A stretch of 59,671 bases of DNA, counting the filler, from Diploschistes diacapsis (taxonomy: Eukaryota): the NCBI GenBank assembly GCA_023645945.1. It is 6 parts of 6 records of this genome, joined end to end, with 100 filler letters (N's around TTAATTAATTAA, not from the genome) between each part and the next. Parts side by side here need not be neighbours in the genome. Positions count along the whole stretch, not along the records: positions 9,982 to 19,858 come from JALAIB010000986.1; positions 19,959 to 29,826 come from JALAIB010000988.1; 4 more parts are not named here. One strand, 5' to 3'. The position numbers were made by a program, and so were the translations under genes. A model generated the notes under the pieces. That model worked only from the letters and a program-made list of their open reading frames with translations, did not search any database and had not been told where the DNA came from. Of this stretch, positions 13,501 through 25,838 are shown in pieces (position 1 is the first letter of the stretch; each line of letters opens with the position of its first letter).

Positions 13501-16500
13501 AGATGCGGCGTTGCTCTTCCAGCTTCAGGTCGCGAGATTGTTGGCCCCTAAACCTAGCCTCTAGCTCCGTAATTAAGCGTTCGTGAGAATCAAGCTTCTC
13601 GCGGAGGACGGATATCCTTCTCTCTATTAGGTGCTGCTGGACTCGTTGGGGATCATTGTCCGTAGTCATCATGCAAATATGGGTAGACTCCTCGCCAAAA
13701 GGACTACTTCGTTCGCTATCTTGGAAGTCATCCTTTACGTGGTCTGTTTGCCTGATGTACGTGAAGCGTGGCGCGAAGGCCAGAGGCATAATGCGAGTTT
13801 CCGGATGTGTTTCCGCGGGCAGAATCCAATCCAGCTCAACAAAATCGTCCATATCTATCCAAACAGTGGCATTATCAGGGATGTTGAAATGCTTGACATC
13901 GGATGGCATAAAAGACTTGTCGTCATAAGAAGCAAGCTCTTCATCCGTAGCGCGCTGCAGATCCTCAGCTGCAGTTCCTTTGATCAAGGCGGACACAGCC
14001 CGAATGTCAGCTGACAAGAAATCCAACTGAGCCTTGTTAATTCGCATTCCGCTGCTTCTGGTCAATTTTAGGCGTCCCTTTCCTTGAGAAGCGACTTCTT
14101 CCCTTCGTTGATGCAGATCTAATACAAAGCTCTCAAGCCGGAGCTTGAGACCAGTTGCGCCCACGACATCCTTAGTGTAATCCTCACGGTCCTTGTGTTT
14201 GTATATGTGAGAGACATAGAAAGGCGCGAGAAGAAGGCTGTACTTAATCGTAGCCAGATGACGACCAAACTTTTTACTCGACTTGTCACCGCTTGCAAAC
14301 AACTTCCCTTGTCGGATCGGTAGAGACATTACACCCGAGAATAAACACCACCAATCGAAGAAGTGGGTGAAGAATTTAGGGGATAGATGCATACTATTAT
14401 AAGTAGTCGATTCGTTTGAGTTGGTCGCTGACCATTCCCGATCCTCCGGTGCCATAACTGCAAGTGATAAATGAATATACTGACTTCGAAACCCGTGAAA
14501 AGCATCGTATTGCTAAGGCTTGTCAGCTGCGCGGAGATAGTGAAGACCATGCAATGTATATGTACCTCAACATTGTTCGGTTTAACATGACTCGGCGCCC
14601 GGAGCTGAACCTTATAGTGAGGAACGAAAGCAAACGAGCGGCTTCCATTTGTATTGTCCCTTTCAAACACAAGACCAGCAACCCAGCGGACTTTTCCGGT
14701 TACCTTCATTATAACCTTTTGGAAAATGGCACTGTGCTGGTGACTGGGGGAGACAATACTGACGTTTTTTTCCGATACGGCTTCACACCTAGTCTCTCGA
14801 GCTTGACCTCTGTAGTCTGGAATCGCTAAAACATATTCACCGCAGTTGACTGACATGAGACTTCTTGGATCATCTTGTTGATGAATACACCAATTGACGC
14901 CAGACCGGAAGCACATCATGAAGCCTGCTCCATGGCCTGTGACAGCGTATGGATCTCGCGAACCTGAAACGCAGACGTCAACGAAGCCTATACACAGTAT
15001 TTACATACATACCCTTAAGTCGAAGGTGAACGTCTCCACCACCTTTCCACGCTACTCGTAATCTCGAATGAAAAACAAGCCGAATTTTGTCCCAGAAACC
15101 TACCCGCTCGGAGAGATCGGTTCGGGGCTTGCTAAAGGTTTCAATAATTTGCATCATGTCCTGTATTGCGGGCTGGTAAGACGTTCCCCACGCTATTGTC
15201 GTTGGATAACCCGTGTTGACACTTATATCAATATCCGAGTAAGTTTTCACAGGAGAGACTGTTCGACGAACGTCAATGCAGAATCTTGTTTCTGTTCCTC
15301 GAGAATGAAACATTTTGCCCGGTGGTACTACCTCAACCTTCACATGTTTCATGGAGCTTGCATCCCGAAATTCTTCAGCTATAACAAAGTCTGCCTTAAC
15401 GGACCAACTTGCAAGGCGACTTGATTGATTCGATCTGGTTGTAGGGATATGCAGCAGCGGAAGCGGATAGTTACGCAAGGTCATTCGCGTTTCTCCCATA
15501 TTTATGAGCAAGCTCATGGGTATAAGCAAGGAGTATTGCATGTCAAAAGGCATGCCTTTCCCAATTCGATTCAAGAAGTTGGATGTTTTTTGGATCGGGA
15601 AACTGGGCTTATCAATGATAATGTGAAGGTCGCTGATCAAGGCGGTCATAAGTCCTGGATGGTCTGGAATCGATAATATTGTTTCAGTATCCTCGTCAAC
15701 CTTCGGCGACTCATCCTTGCCCCAGAACATCCGTCTGGTGTCCTTATTTGAGGCACTTTGGTAGTGCAAGGCAGCAAATATTCGCTTCTTCCAACTTACA
15801 GCGTTATGCTCTTCCAATCGTTCCTTAGCCTCCTCGGCACTTATTCTGGCAGTACCTGTCAAGCCGCTTATTGCATCACCATCGTATCGTATGCGACAGT
15901 TCTGACGCAGTGGTGGTGTTAGAGTTGGCGACCGCGACGAAGCATGACTGATTGCTTTTCCTGGCCCGGAAGAAGCTTGATCCAATTGCTTACTTCGTCC
16001 TTGTTCGGTTTCGTTACGCTCAGATTCATGTCGCGACGAGTCACGGCGCTGAGTCTTACCCTGCATCTTCTTGATTTTCATTTCGTAAGCGTCAGCACGC
16101 GCCAGTCGCTGCTTCTGCTCGCTCAGGCCCACTCTGTAGATTAGCCCCAGCTTCCACTCGAACAACCCGTCCTCTATTTCAAACATGAATACCTTAGAGC
16201 GTAGCGATATTCTGGGAAGCTTCCTGGCATGTTGTGGTTCCTTTCCCAATATGTATGTATCTGTGCCTGTCTCGAATCGATAATTCATCTGCTCACTCGC
16301 TTTGAGTACGTTAATGACGTTATCGACTATCTTGTGAAAGACAACCTGGTGAGGTATGGCAAGACGAATAAACTCTGCAGCAATGTCGAAAGATCTATCT
16401 TCTGCAAAACTTTTTCCAACCCTTTTTCTTGACTCTCTCAGATCAACCCGGAAGTTCTTGATACTTACGACTCGAGCCCAGGCAGCCCGAATTCCAGGGG

Positions 16501-19225
16501 CTTCCCCATACAAACGAATGAGACGCGATCTTAGAAACGGACTGGACCACCGTTGCAGTCCTCCTTCAAAGCCATAGATCTGTAGCATGAGTGCAGGTTC
16601 ACTTGGCATCGAAGCCTTGACTTGGAAGATCGGTATTTTAAGATCAACCATGGTGCGCTCAGCGCACGGTAGTGATCGATCAAGACTATTACTGCTCGAA
16701 GATTTCTGTGTCTCAGATGACATATATCGTTCAAGGTCGAGTGCCTTACGCAGCACACTATATCCGACACCAAGAACATAGTATCGGTACAGTGAGTAAC
16801 GTACGAACAATGCTTGAATAAAGCAAGCAACATGGAAAGCTGGACCGTTAACGTCGCTGGACGTAGACATTGATAGTTCAATCTTTGGCATAGACAGAAA
16901 AGGATCAGGGTCCCACACATCAACACCTTCCACTATAAAAGTCTCAAATCCTTGGCCATGCAGGATCAAATGTCGACCATCAGATTCGGCGTTAATATCT
17001 TTACAATCTGCACTGTCAGGCGAGCTCTTGGCTTTTTCTCGATGCACAAACCCCATATTCTTCGAATGATCCTTAGAGTGAATGTGCTGCCGTTGACTTT
17101 GAAATTCTGGCTGATGGACTTGGTACTCAGCGCTCCAAGACTGCAACTGGATTGCAACTCCTCGCAAATCCTGTGAGACTCCGGCATCCTTTCCAGCGAC
17201 CTCCAACTCAAATCGTGAACCTCTAAAGTGAACACGTATCAACCAAGAAGGGCAGTTCCTAAGAAAGCTTTGCCGCTGCTGTTCTGGTTGAATCGAATTA
17301 TCTTCCAAGCCTGCGTTCCACCCAAGTTGCTGAATAATTTGATGCAACCCTTCGCTGATTTCTGGTCGAATCATGTGAACAGTGAAGGTCTCCATATTAC
17401 CCTCAATCATTACGGACAAATGGTGAGTTGTGACGAGATTGAGCCTTGCTTCGAACGCATTCATGCGAAGGAGGCTATGCCTAATACCACTTGCGGTCTG
17501 GTAGTAAAACTTGTGTGAAGTAATGCGGAGGCTGACGCTAAGGGAATAATGAACGTCCTCCGCAGGTGTATGGGAGGACTCCAACTCCAACGATATCGTC
17601 GATATGGTAGATATCAATAAGTCATAATCGTCAAGCCCATCCGCTGTAGGCTCAGAAGGCGGCAGAACAATTCTTGCAACTGATTCCTGGACCGAGATCG
17701 TGATGCTAGCTTTGGGTAGTAGTCTAGAAACTGCCCGAAACCCACTTCGAGAGTCTGTTTCAGCTCTACCTTGCTGATGTATATGACTGCGTAGGATGGC
17801 AATGACGAGAGACATGTGTTTTAGGTCAAGATCAAGAGAAGGCGAAGTGACAACTAGATTCGCAAATAGGACGTTTGCATTCCGATCCCAGTGATCATTG
17901 TTCAAGTCTTGAACAACAGCCTTTGTAGGGAGTGTCGTCCTGATAGTGGTGGTGACCATTGGAATGTATAGAATCCTCTGCGGCCTCCCATCCCCATCGT
18001 CAATACTAAACCCAATCGATATAGCTGCAAGGAGTGCTTGATGAGCAACATCCCTGGAGACGAAATACATACGGTGAGCCGGTCCTTTGGGATCCAAACG
18101 GAAGAGATCGACGCCAAATTCGTTCATGGCGACATTCAAGAACACAGATTTCCCAGAGGGTTTGATGCCTCTCACTTGTTTAGAAAGCCCAATAAAGCTG
18201 ATTGCCATTTGCACCTCTTGGATTCCTCGTAGAAGTGAGGACACAACCTCCCTAAAGTCAGATACCGTATCCGCTAACCCATCCCTGGCGGTAGTCCCGG
18301 CGACTAAACCTGCCGTACTTCCCCGAGATCTACGAGGCCCGCGTAAAGAATTCTGGGAGTTAGCCATATCAAGCTTGCTCTCGATCAATCTTTGACAATG
18401 AAGGACATCATCGTATGGAACATGGATACGACCTAGTTTAACAGATATCGAGGCGTCTCGAAGACCAGGAATGTTTCGGTAAATGAACCCATGAATATTA
18501 AGGCTGCAAATATCCAGAATTTCTAGGGATTCCATGCCCTCTGCCGTGAAAAGAACACCTTTCAGGACGAATACCCACTCAGCTGGTTGTTGCTCTCCTG
18601 CAGACGTCTTTTTATGGCGAAACAGGCGACCACGATCCACGGTCTTTCGCCTAGTATCAACGGCAAGACTAACGCTTGCTACCTGAAAAGACGCAACTCC
18701 CTTGACCAAGCATGTAGAATTGATGAATTCGACATCCACCATTCGCAACCAATCGATTTTCTGGTGAATGACTTTTATCCTTTCTTTAACCACAGTAATC
18801 ATCCTCCAAATCTTGCCCCAGGATGTCTGGGGGATGGAATTCCGAAATAGGGGGTGCTCAGAGGACGCTGGCTTGACAGTCATTCCATGGGTTTGGCTTT
18901 CAGGGTTATGACTCCTAGCTGAGTCATTTTGAGACAGTCCGCCTTTACTAAGAGCGGACACATCGACCGTAATCTTCAGTTCAGTAAACCGAAGACTGAG
19001 CCACGTTGGTTTCGCGAACGTGGGTCGATGTAAATGCAGCCTAAGGGTACGAATGTCGATCCTAATGCCATCTTGTAGCGTGTAAGAGATTCGGCGTAAT
19101 GAGAAGTACCCAAGACGTTGGACAGAGACTCCGGTTGCAATTCGCACGACTGCAAAAAAAGCCAATGACACTAGGTACAAAATGACCAAGAGCGCGAAGA
19201 AAAACGAAGGGCTAGGAACCGCCAT
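10550..19225 (-). CDS. FMP27: FMP27/BLTP2 (Hobbit) bridge-like lipid transfer protein, about 2857 aa
   Basis: N-terminal TM anchor; GFWDKIRL, WPPWAP and Apt1-like C-terminal (TLEYRNKTWSNLDLALRLKKDV) motifs. Exons 19225-15013, 14963-14566, 14512-10550. Extreme C-terminus uncertain (GTAAG donors at 10553 and 10330). Confidence 0.93.
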
Positions 19226-19533
19226 GGCGGCAGCTGCATCAGTCGCCTGTGCGGTAAAAGCCCAAAGTTATCCATTGGGCCCAAAGCGAACGCAGTTGCT
19301 GCTATAGGTCAGTACACCCGTACCTGAAAGACCGTAGGTTCACAAGTCCTCCTATGACATAGTGACGGTCGATAAGAACATATCATAGCGCAACATCGCG
19401 AAAAGTTCAGAGCTGATAGTTATTTAATGGGGATTAATCTCTAACGTACTTCATGATTAAAACGACGTAACCCGTTAGATAATGTGCGTTTGACTAAGGA
19501 GCACTACCTGCTCCGCTCACTCTCCATATATAA

Positions 19534-19721
19534 GGCCCTGTTTGGTGGTCAGCCTAGAGCCTCTACGTAGCTTGTACGAGGTCACATGACATTCTACGCT
19601 CTTACCAAACGTTTCTTTTCGTAGAGCGTTTACGTAAACGTCGTAAGTTGTTTACGCGTTCTACAGTTACTAAAATCTTTGTAGAATATTATAAGAATTC
19701 GAGAATTCTTATAATATTCTA
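19534..19721. mobile_element. Partial PIF/Harbinger (Tourist-like) MITE relic with a perfect AT-rich hairpin
   Basis: TAA followed by GGCCCTGTTTGG at 19534; 19-bp perfect inverted repeat 19682-19700/19703-19721; no right TIR seen. Confidence 0.45.
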
Positions 19722-19858
19722 TGAATAATTTAAAATAAACCGAAATCCTATCGCCGCCGTTTTTATCGTTTATTTCCCCCTTCTATCTAACCAAAATAAA
19801 CTGTAACAGATACCTGTGACAGTCCTCCGGGCGAGCGGAGGATCTCAGCCCTAGCACC

Positions 19859-19958
19859 NNNNNNNNNNNNNNNNNNNNNNNNNNNNNNNNNNNNNNNNNN
19901 NNTTAATTAATTAANNNNNNNNNNNNNNNNNNNNNNNNNNNNNNNNNNNNNNNNNNNN
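19859..19958. other. Artificial contig spacer
   Basis: N44-TTAATTAATTAA-N44. Confidence 0.98.
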
Positions 19959-20187
19959 GCATAGGGAATTGGAGGTGCTGGAGGATGAGGCGGTGCTGCA
20001 GTGGTGGGATGGGGTCGGTGATGTGGAAAGGGGGGATGGAGAGGTGGAGGGAGAGGGGAACGGGAAGGGAGTTAGGAGGCTGGTGAAGACTTATGTCCAA
20101 TGGGTCAGGGAGGCGGAGAGCGAGAGTAGTGAGGAGAGTGATGAGGACGAAGAAGAAGAAGAAGATGAGGATGCGGATGATGAGTAG
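19959..20187 (+). CDS. GCD6: eIF2B epsilon subunit, C-terminal W2 domain (5'-truncated by contig edge)
   Basis: ELEVLEDEAVLQWWD...VRRLVKTYVQWVREAESESSEESDEDEEEE*: the two acidic/aromatic AA-boxes of W2 domains. Confidence 0.75.
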
Positions 20188-20978
20188 GGTGGCCAACGGG
20201 TAGTAGAAAGACAGGAGATGAAAGTCAATGAACTAGTCGGTTCCGATTCTCGAAACGCTTAAAAATGCTTCTTTGGAGGTCCTGTTACCTCGAGAAGTAG
20301 CTCTTAAAGAGCTTTAGCTGGGCGTGGATTCTGCAAGAGGTGCCTTCTTCAGTGGTCGCTCATCTCGAAGACACCTCAAAAGAAATGCAGGATTCCCATT
20401 TGGAACACTATAATGTTGTATAATTTTCCAACTTGCTGTTCTGACTAGTTCAATTGACTTTTGGATACTAATTCCCTTCCTCATGGCATTTCATCGTATC
20501 GTCAACATGCCATCACCTTTAGTGTCGATATATGCATACCGTTTTCTCCCAACCAAGTCACCATCTGTACCTACTAATTCTGCCTATCGATCCTGGATCC
20601 TGGTTTCGATGCCGAGACCTCATAAAACGCTTCACAGCATTTACAAAGCAAACGAATGAAAACAAGAACAGAGCCCATCCGGAAACAAACTGCGCGCGCG
20701 ACATCATACCACACCCAAGAAGCAGGGGAGTTGAAAATCCCTGCTAAACACTCTCTAGAGGAATGAACTTGTAAGCAGAGACAATCCTCTAGATTGAGTG
20801 CCTTGAAACCGAAAGTGTTGAAGCGCGCTGCTCCTTGTTGCAAAAAAACCGCGCCCTTAACATCCTTGCCTTTTTTTTGGTGAAGTGTGAGTCGATGTTG
20901 GTATCGATCTGCACTCCAATTTCTCTAATGCTTTTCTCTCACTGCTCGAACCCGCTCATCGATTCCTTAATAGGCGCA

Positions 20979-22068
20979 TCAAATGATGTCCCAAATGTCC
21001 TCAGCGGCGTGACAGAACTTGCTACACGCAACGCTGGCGCTGAGGCTAAAGTTGCTAATACTTATTGAGTCGTCCTTGAACTGATCAGCAAAATCGTCGC
21101 GACCTTTTGCCATTGCGCCAACGAAGACGCATATACTTTCGTTGGTACCAAGGCTGCTAATGTAGTCTTTGACTCGAACAACTTCGCTGTCGAAGGAAAG
21201 GGTCACTTTCCGGCACTTGTGCGGTAGATGATCAGTTATGGGGTTCTTGATCACTTTCAGCAACTTCTCTTGGGAAGTAGTAGACCGGATGGAGAGGCGG
21301 TGCAGCAGCTGAACCATAAGCCCGGCAAAGCGCTTGAATGTGCGGGGAATCCGGACAGTAGGTGATACTTCGATAAGCACACCTTTAGCGGTCGATATGT
21401 ATATTTGCAGCTTTCCAGCCTTGTTTATTGGTGAATCAAGTAGAGTAAGAAGGCACTAAAGATTTGTCAGGTGAAGAGTGTCACTGAAGAAGTTAGGGCT
21501 TCCGCATAGATGAAAGGGCAAACCTGATGCGTAATGTCCGGCCGGGCGTCGCTGATGTCTCGATTCATCTTGCGCATCACACCGATGTGCTCGTCACTGT
21601 TGAGCAGTGAGTACTTGTCATCCGTCCTATTGTGTCTGGGGTTGTGGGCGGCTCGGTAGGTTTCTAGGCTGGCATTCGAAAGAACCACGATAAGCCGCTG
21701 GGTGTCCTTGTCACTGGCAGGGATGGGAACATGCTGTTCAGCAACAAGCCTTGGTAGCTGTGGTGGTGGTAATGATTGGGTTCCTACAACGCTAATATTG
21801 AGTGCAAGTCTTTTTGAGATAAATGATTGCGCATTGTTAAAGATTGAGCTTCGATGTTGTGCATGCTATCCATCTGAAAATGTAGTTCCCACTTCCAACC
21901 CAAGACCACATCGCAAACGGCCACCCCATTGCCAATAGTAGCTCTCGTAAAGTTCATCTCTGCGAGAGCAGAGCATATGGGCATGCTGAAATGGAGACGT
22001 GGGAAACAGTACTTACTTGGCCTTTTTCTCGACCGCTCGTCAGGTGAAGATAGGGAAGATATCGACAT
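20979..22068 (-). CDS. EMG1: 18S rRNA pseudouridine N1-methyltransferase Nep1/Emg1 (SPOUT), 262 aa
   Basis: [63 protein letters not shown]. Exons 22068-22017, 21783-21524, 21455-20979. Confidence 0.97.
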
Positions 22069-22410
22069 GGTAAACTAGGTAGAGAAGCTCAAGATGTCTG
22101 GTCAGTCGCCAGAAAGTATAAACTCGAGAGAGTTTGCTTGATGTTGATGAGTGGGGAAGGAGGTGTAAGTCAAAAGCTGGAGGTGAGGTTGAATTTAAAG
22201 GAAAGCTGAAAGTCGGTGTGCCGCTTGTCGGACAATTCTTGGCGGAAAGCCGGATTGAGAGAATTCCCCTACTTCCTTACCGAAAGTCTAGTACAACATC
22301 GACATACAAGGGCCGTAAAGAAGCATACAATAACCAACATCAGTCCATCAGAGATGCCCAAGTGACAGAAATCAACTAGATTTTCTAATGAAGCTTTCTC
22401 GGATCCGTCT

Positions 22411-23616
22411 TCATCTCTGGGAGCTTCCCTCTCCTCCTTCTCTTCCCCTCTTTTCCCTCCGCGGCTGCTCAAGCACCGCTTCTGCTTCGTTCTCTTTACT
22501 TTTGAGAGAAGCCCCTTTTCGCTTAGGCATCACTGCCATAAAGGCTTCACCCCAATCCTTGGTCTCCAGCCATTTGAGCATAATCTCATAGACGTGATTC
22601 GTAGTTAGGATGAACCTGCTGTTCATTTCCATGTACCGGCTTATCGGCAATTTGGTCGTCTTTACCCCTTTATCCCTGGCGCGCTTGTAGCAAATGCCCT
22701 TGTGTCTGTTCTTGTCGACAAGTCCACCAATAATGTATGTGCTGTAAGGCTTCAGTTCTTCCAATGTATTTGGACTGTCACTGGTTAAGTACACGACTTC
22801 GCCTTCTCCTTCGGGGCAACCCGATTCTTCCGCTCGAGCTGAGAAACTTCCGGCTAACTTGCCGCCATTGCGGCCAGACATATGCTCCTTGGCCTTTTCA
22901 GCAGCTACCACGAAGTCATCATCCACGCACCGGAATCTTGACCACGATCTATGATGATTTGAAAGAGCTATCTCCATTCGCTCCTTTAATCTCCCATTAA
23001 ACGAACATAGCATCATATGAGCTTGGCATGGTGCGTGACGATTCGTGGAGTAGCATCTTGTAATTTGAGACGTTAGGGAATGAATCTCTTTGTCCATCAT
23101 AAGCTCGTCGAACCCACAGTCGACAAGAAAGGTTACGGGTAGCAGCACAGATTTGGCTGGGTTCAACTTGGCTTCATCGGCAGGCTTGGGCGTCGCAGAG
23201 AACTCCGAATTCTCCCTGGCTTGCTCCGCAGCATGCCTGTCCCTCTCTGCGCGCTTGCGTTCCTTCCTCTCTTTGTCTTTCAGCTTCCGCTTGGCCTTCC
23301 ATTCTTCCCTTCCTGCCTCCCATTGCTCGTGTCGTCTCAGCTTCTTGAGCTGGTTTTTCGACATCGGCTTTGCAGCGGGCTTCTCAGATACTTGAGATGA
23401 CTTTACTGCGGGCTCGGTAGTCGCTATCTTCTCGCTATTAAGTTGGTCGTCTTCTGCGCGTGGTCTATCGCGACCATCGCTGGCTTGGTGTTCTTGATCC
23501 GACTGTTGAGATGGCATATCAAGATCGATTCCTTGACTTTTCTCCGGAGTCTGCTTCTCCGTTACATTACCGTCATTGAGTTTTCTCACTTTTGACGGTC
23601 GCTCTTCTGTCTCCAT
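22411..23616 (-). CDS. TRM10: tRNA (guanine-9-N1)-methyltransferase Trm10
   Basis: DCGFDELM, VYLTSDSPNTL, YIIGGLVDKNRHKG, LTTNHVYEIMLKWLETKDWGEAF..VMPKRK; intronless 401-aa ORF. Confidence 0.97.
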   Translation of the reverse strand: METEERPSKVRKLNDGNVTEKQTPEKSQGIDLDMPSQQSDQEHQASDGRDRPRAEDDQLNSEKIATTEPAVKSSQVSEKPAAKPMSKNQLKKLRRHEQWEAGREEWKAKRKLKDKERKERKRAERDRHAAEQARENSEFSATPKPADEAKLNPAKSVLLPVTFLVDCGFDELMMDKEIHSLTSQITRCYSTNRHAPCQAHMMLCSFNGRLKERMEIALSNHHRSWSRFRCVDDDFVVAAEKAKEHMSGRNGGKLAGSFSARAEESGCPEGEGEVVYLTSDSPNTLEELKPYSTYIIGGLVDKNRHKGICYKRARDKGVKTTKLPISRYMEMNSRFILTTNHVYEIMLKWLETKDWGEAFMAVMPKRKGASLKSKENEAEAVLEQPRREKRGREGGEGSSQR

Positions 23617-23780
23617 TTTCGTGGGCTTCGAAGTAATTATGAAAATAAAACCGATCCCCTGCCTACGCTGACAACAAATGCCTTGTTAGTTTGGAGAGCG
23701 CTATCCTCCGGGCTATTCTCAGCATATAGAGAACCTCCCTCCTATACGTGTGGCGAGCCTAGAGTTTCGCGGGTACTTAT

Positions 23781-23824
23781 GGTGACCTTTTCGAAGGTCG
23801 TGGGTTCGACTCCCACTGCTGCCA
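23781..23824 (+). pseudogene. Orphan 3' half of a class II (Leu-like) tRNA
   Basis: Variable-arm hairpin GACCTT-TTCG-AAGGTC, T-arm GTGGG-TTCGACT-CCCAC (B box), acceptor 3' strand TGCTGCC plus A discriminator. No complementary GGCAGCA/D-arm upstream and no oligo-T terminator. Confidence 0.7.
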
Positions 23825-24533
23825 TCCCGAACATTCTTCATTCCAGGCTTAATAATCTGGCTTAATCCTAAAGCGGCTTGGTTATTTTCAACGCAACGGT
23901 CGGGCATTCATTCGGTATCGACAATTATCTCCATCAAAATGCTTGGGTTAAATGGATGGATGGTGTCAATGTTGGATTAATGCTTGTATGTAGGCTGGGT
24001 TTCTTTCCGAAGTGGGGAGTTTTACAGTCAATAACTGTGTATAAAGATGTTAGGGTGGTGCAGCTTCAACTCTCAAATTAAATCACTATCATAGGATGTC
24101 AGCCGTTCTACGAAATATAATTCTGATTCTACCGAGTTTCGCATGATCCTTGACCAGCCGTGAGAAACGGTGCGCTTTGATTCATCTTCCAGTTATAATC
24201 GAGAATAATGTCGATCAGGAAGGTAACATTAAATTTCACCCGTCGCTAGGCCAGAGTACCACAAGGTGTGTAGGCGAAGGATATCCTTTTTAGGATTCTT
24301 GACAGCCAAGGAGTATTCTAGATAGAGGAAAGTTGTCCTTTTGACGGACGAATACTCCGCTAAGAAGAGCTGCAAGTGCGGCGATGGAGGATAGATCTCC
24401 GGTAACCCGCATGCTAAAAAACATGCGCAGGATAAAGACTTCTAGCCTCTTGTATGATGAATTTTGGGCCGTTCAAGATGTGTGTATTCCATTAGTGGTG
24501 ATTGTCATTCCTATCCTAAACAAAGTCCAGCCT

Positions 24534-25463
24534 TCACCGCCAAATCTGCCCCCCGGATCTCAGTTTCTCGCAGTATTCAAAGTTCGGCACGGCTCGGATC
24601 TTCGTACGGATCCCTTCCTGCTCGATCATCGTATCAAACATGATAAGATCCTGAAGTCGCGTGTCGCGTGACTCTTCGGGGTTCCGGACGTCGAGAGCCT
24701 CCAGGATGCGGTGCGGTTCCGTCCACGCCGAGCCAAAGTCCACAAGCTGGCCGTTTCGAAAATTTTCAGCGCGAATATCACCATTATAGATCCCTTCCTC
24801 GTTGAGCAGGCGTATATCCTTCAGGACCTTCCTGATCGTCTTCGAATTCAGGCCTGACCCTGGAGGCGCAAGATCCTTGACGATGGCTCGAATCTCGTGG
24901 TTGGCACTAGACTTAGCGCGATCAAGGGAGTCCTGATCAGAACCTTCGGCGCTTAAGTCGATGCCCCTTTCTTCGAGAATCTTTCTGTCGCGCTTTCCAA
25001 GGATCAAGAAACCATGACAAGGTATAGCCACCGGTCGCCGTAAGTTTCTTTTCTCTCGTGCCTCCTTGATTCGTCCATAAGCTCGACACTCTGCGTAAAA
25101 AGGATCAGTATAATAAGGAATTCGATCTGCAGCCAACGAGCCGTCTAAATATGGGCCCCAATAGTATTCTGTGGAGGAAGGATCGAAGAATTTGAACTAA
25201 GGTACTTGTCATTATTCCATTCATTTGGGCAACAAGATTTGGCCACTACGTACAACCTTCAAAGCATACTGCTGCGACTGAATCTCCACTTTGAAGACGA
25301 AACCTTGAGTCGTAGATTCGCTTTTCTCGGTATCGTCAAGTCTTTCAAGCCAGTTGATCCGGGCTTTTTGATATTTGAAGACACGCAGTTTTGGACCCTC
25401 ACATGGAGGAAGCTCCTTAGCAGAGAGAGCGGGCTTGATGTGGCCTCCCTTTCTCTTAGGCAT
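24534..25463 (-). CDS. Fta2-family (kinetochore Sim4 FTA2-annotated) protein kinase-like protein, 290 aa
   Basis: QGFVFKVEIQSQQYALKV|FKFFD, DPFYAECRAYGRI, AIVKD, GIYNGDIRAENF, LVDFGSAWTEPH; intron 25197-25253. Confidence 0.85.
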
Positions 25464-25838
25464 TGTCAGTCCACACGCGAGCTTTAAGGCATGCGATTCT
25501 GTTGTGAGTCATTCAACTTTTGAATCAAAGTGTTAGGACCCTCTTACCTGCTTCGGCAAACGCTTCTTTATCGCGGCCTCCGTGATTGTTTGCCAGAAGC
25601 GGGGGTAGATGCCCCAAAGCGGGGATAGAACAATGCCAATCCGTTTGCTATAGGGTTGTGGCATTTGCCATTCCACCGACAAAGTCGCATTCGGTCATTT
25701 TGTTCAGTATAACAATGTGACCATGGGCTCCAATAAGTTGGCAAGCTCGCCTGAAGCCTCAAACGGCGATGTCCTTTGTACATGACCAGCCACCATCGTC
25801 CCAGCATTCCTGCTCGGACTATAGCCAATATTAACGGT

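Noticed and set aside
23680..23824. Complete, permuted or Sec-type tRNA
   Set aside because: No 5' acceptor strand or D-arm complementary to TGCTGCC on either side; T-stem is a normal 5 bp.
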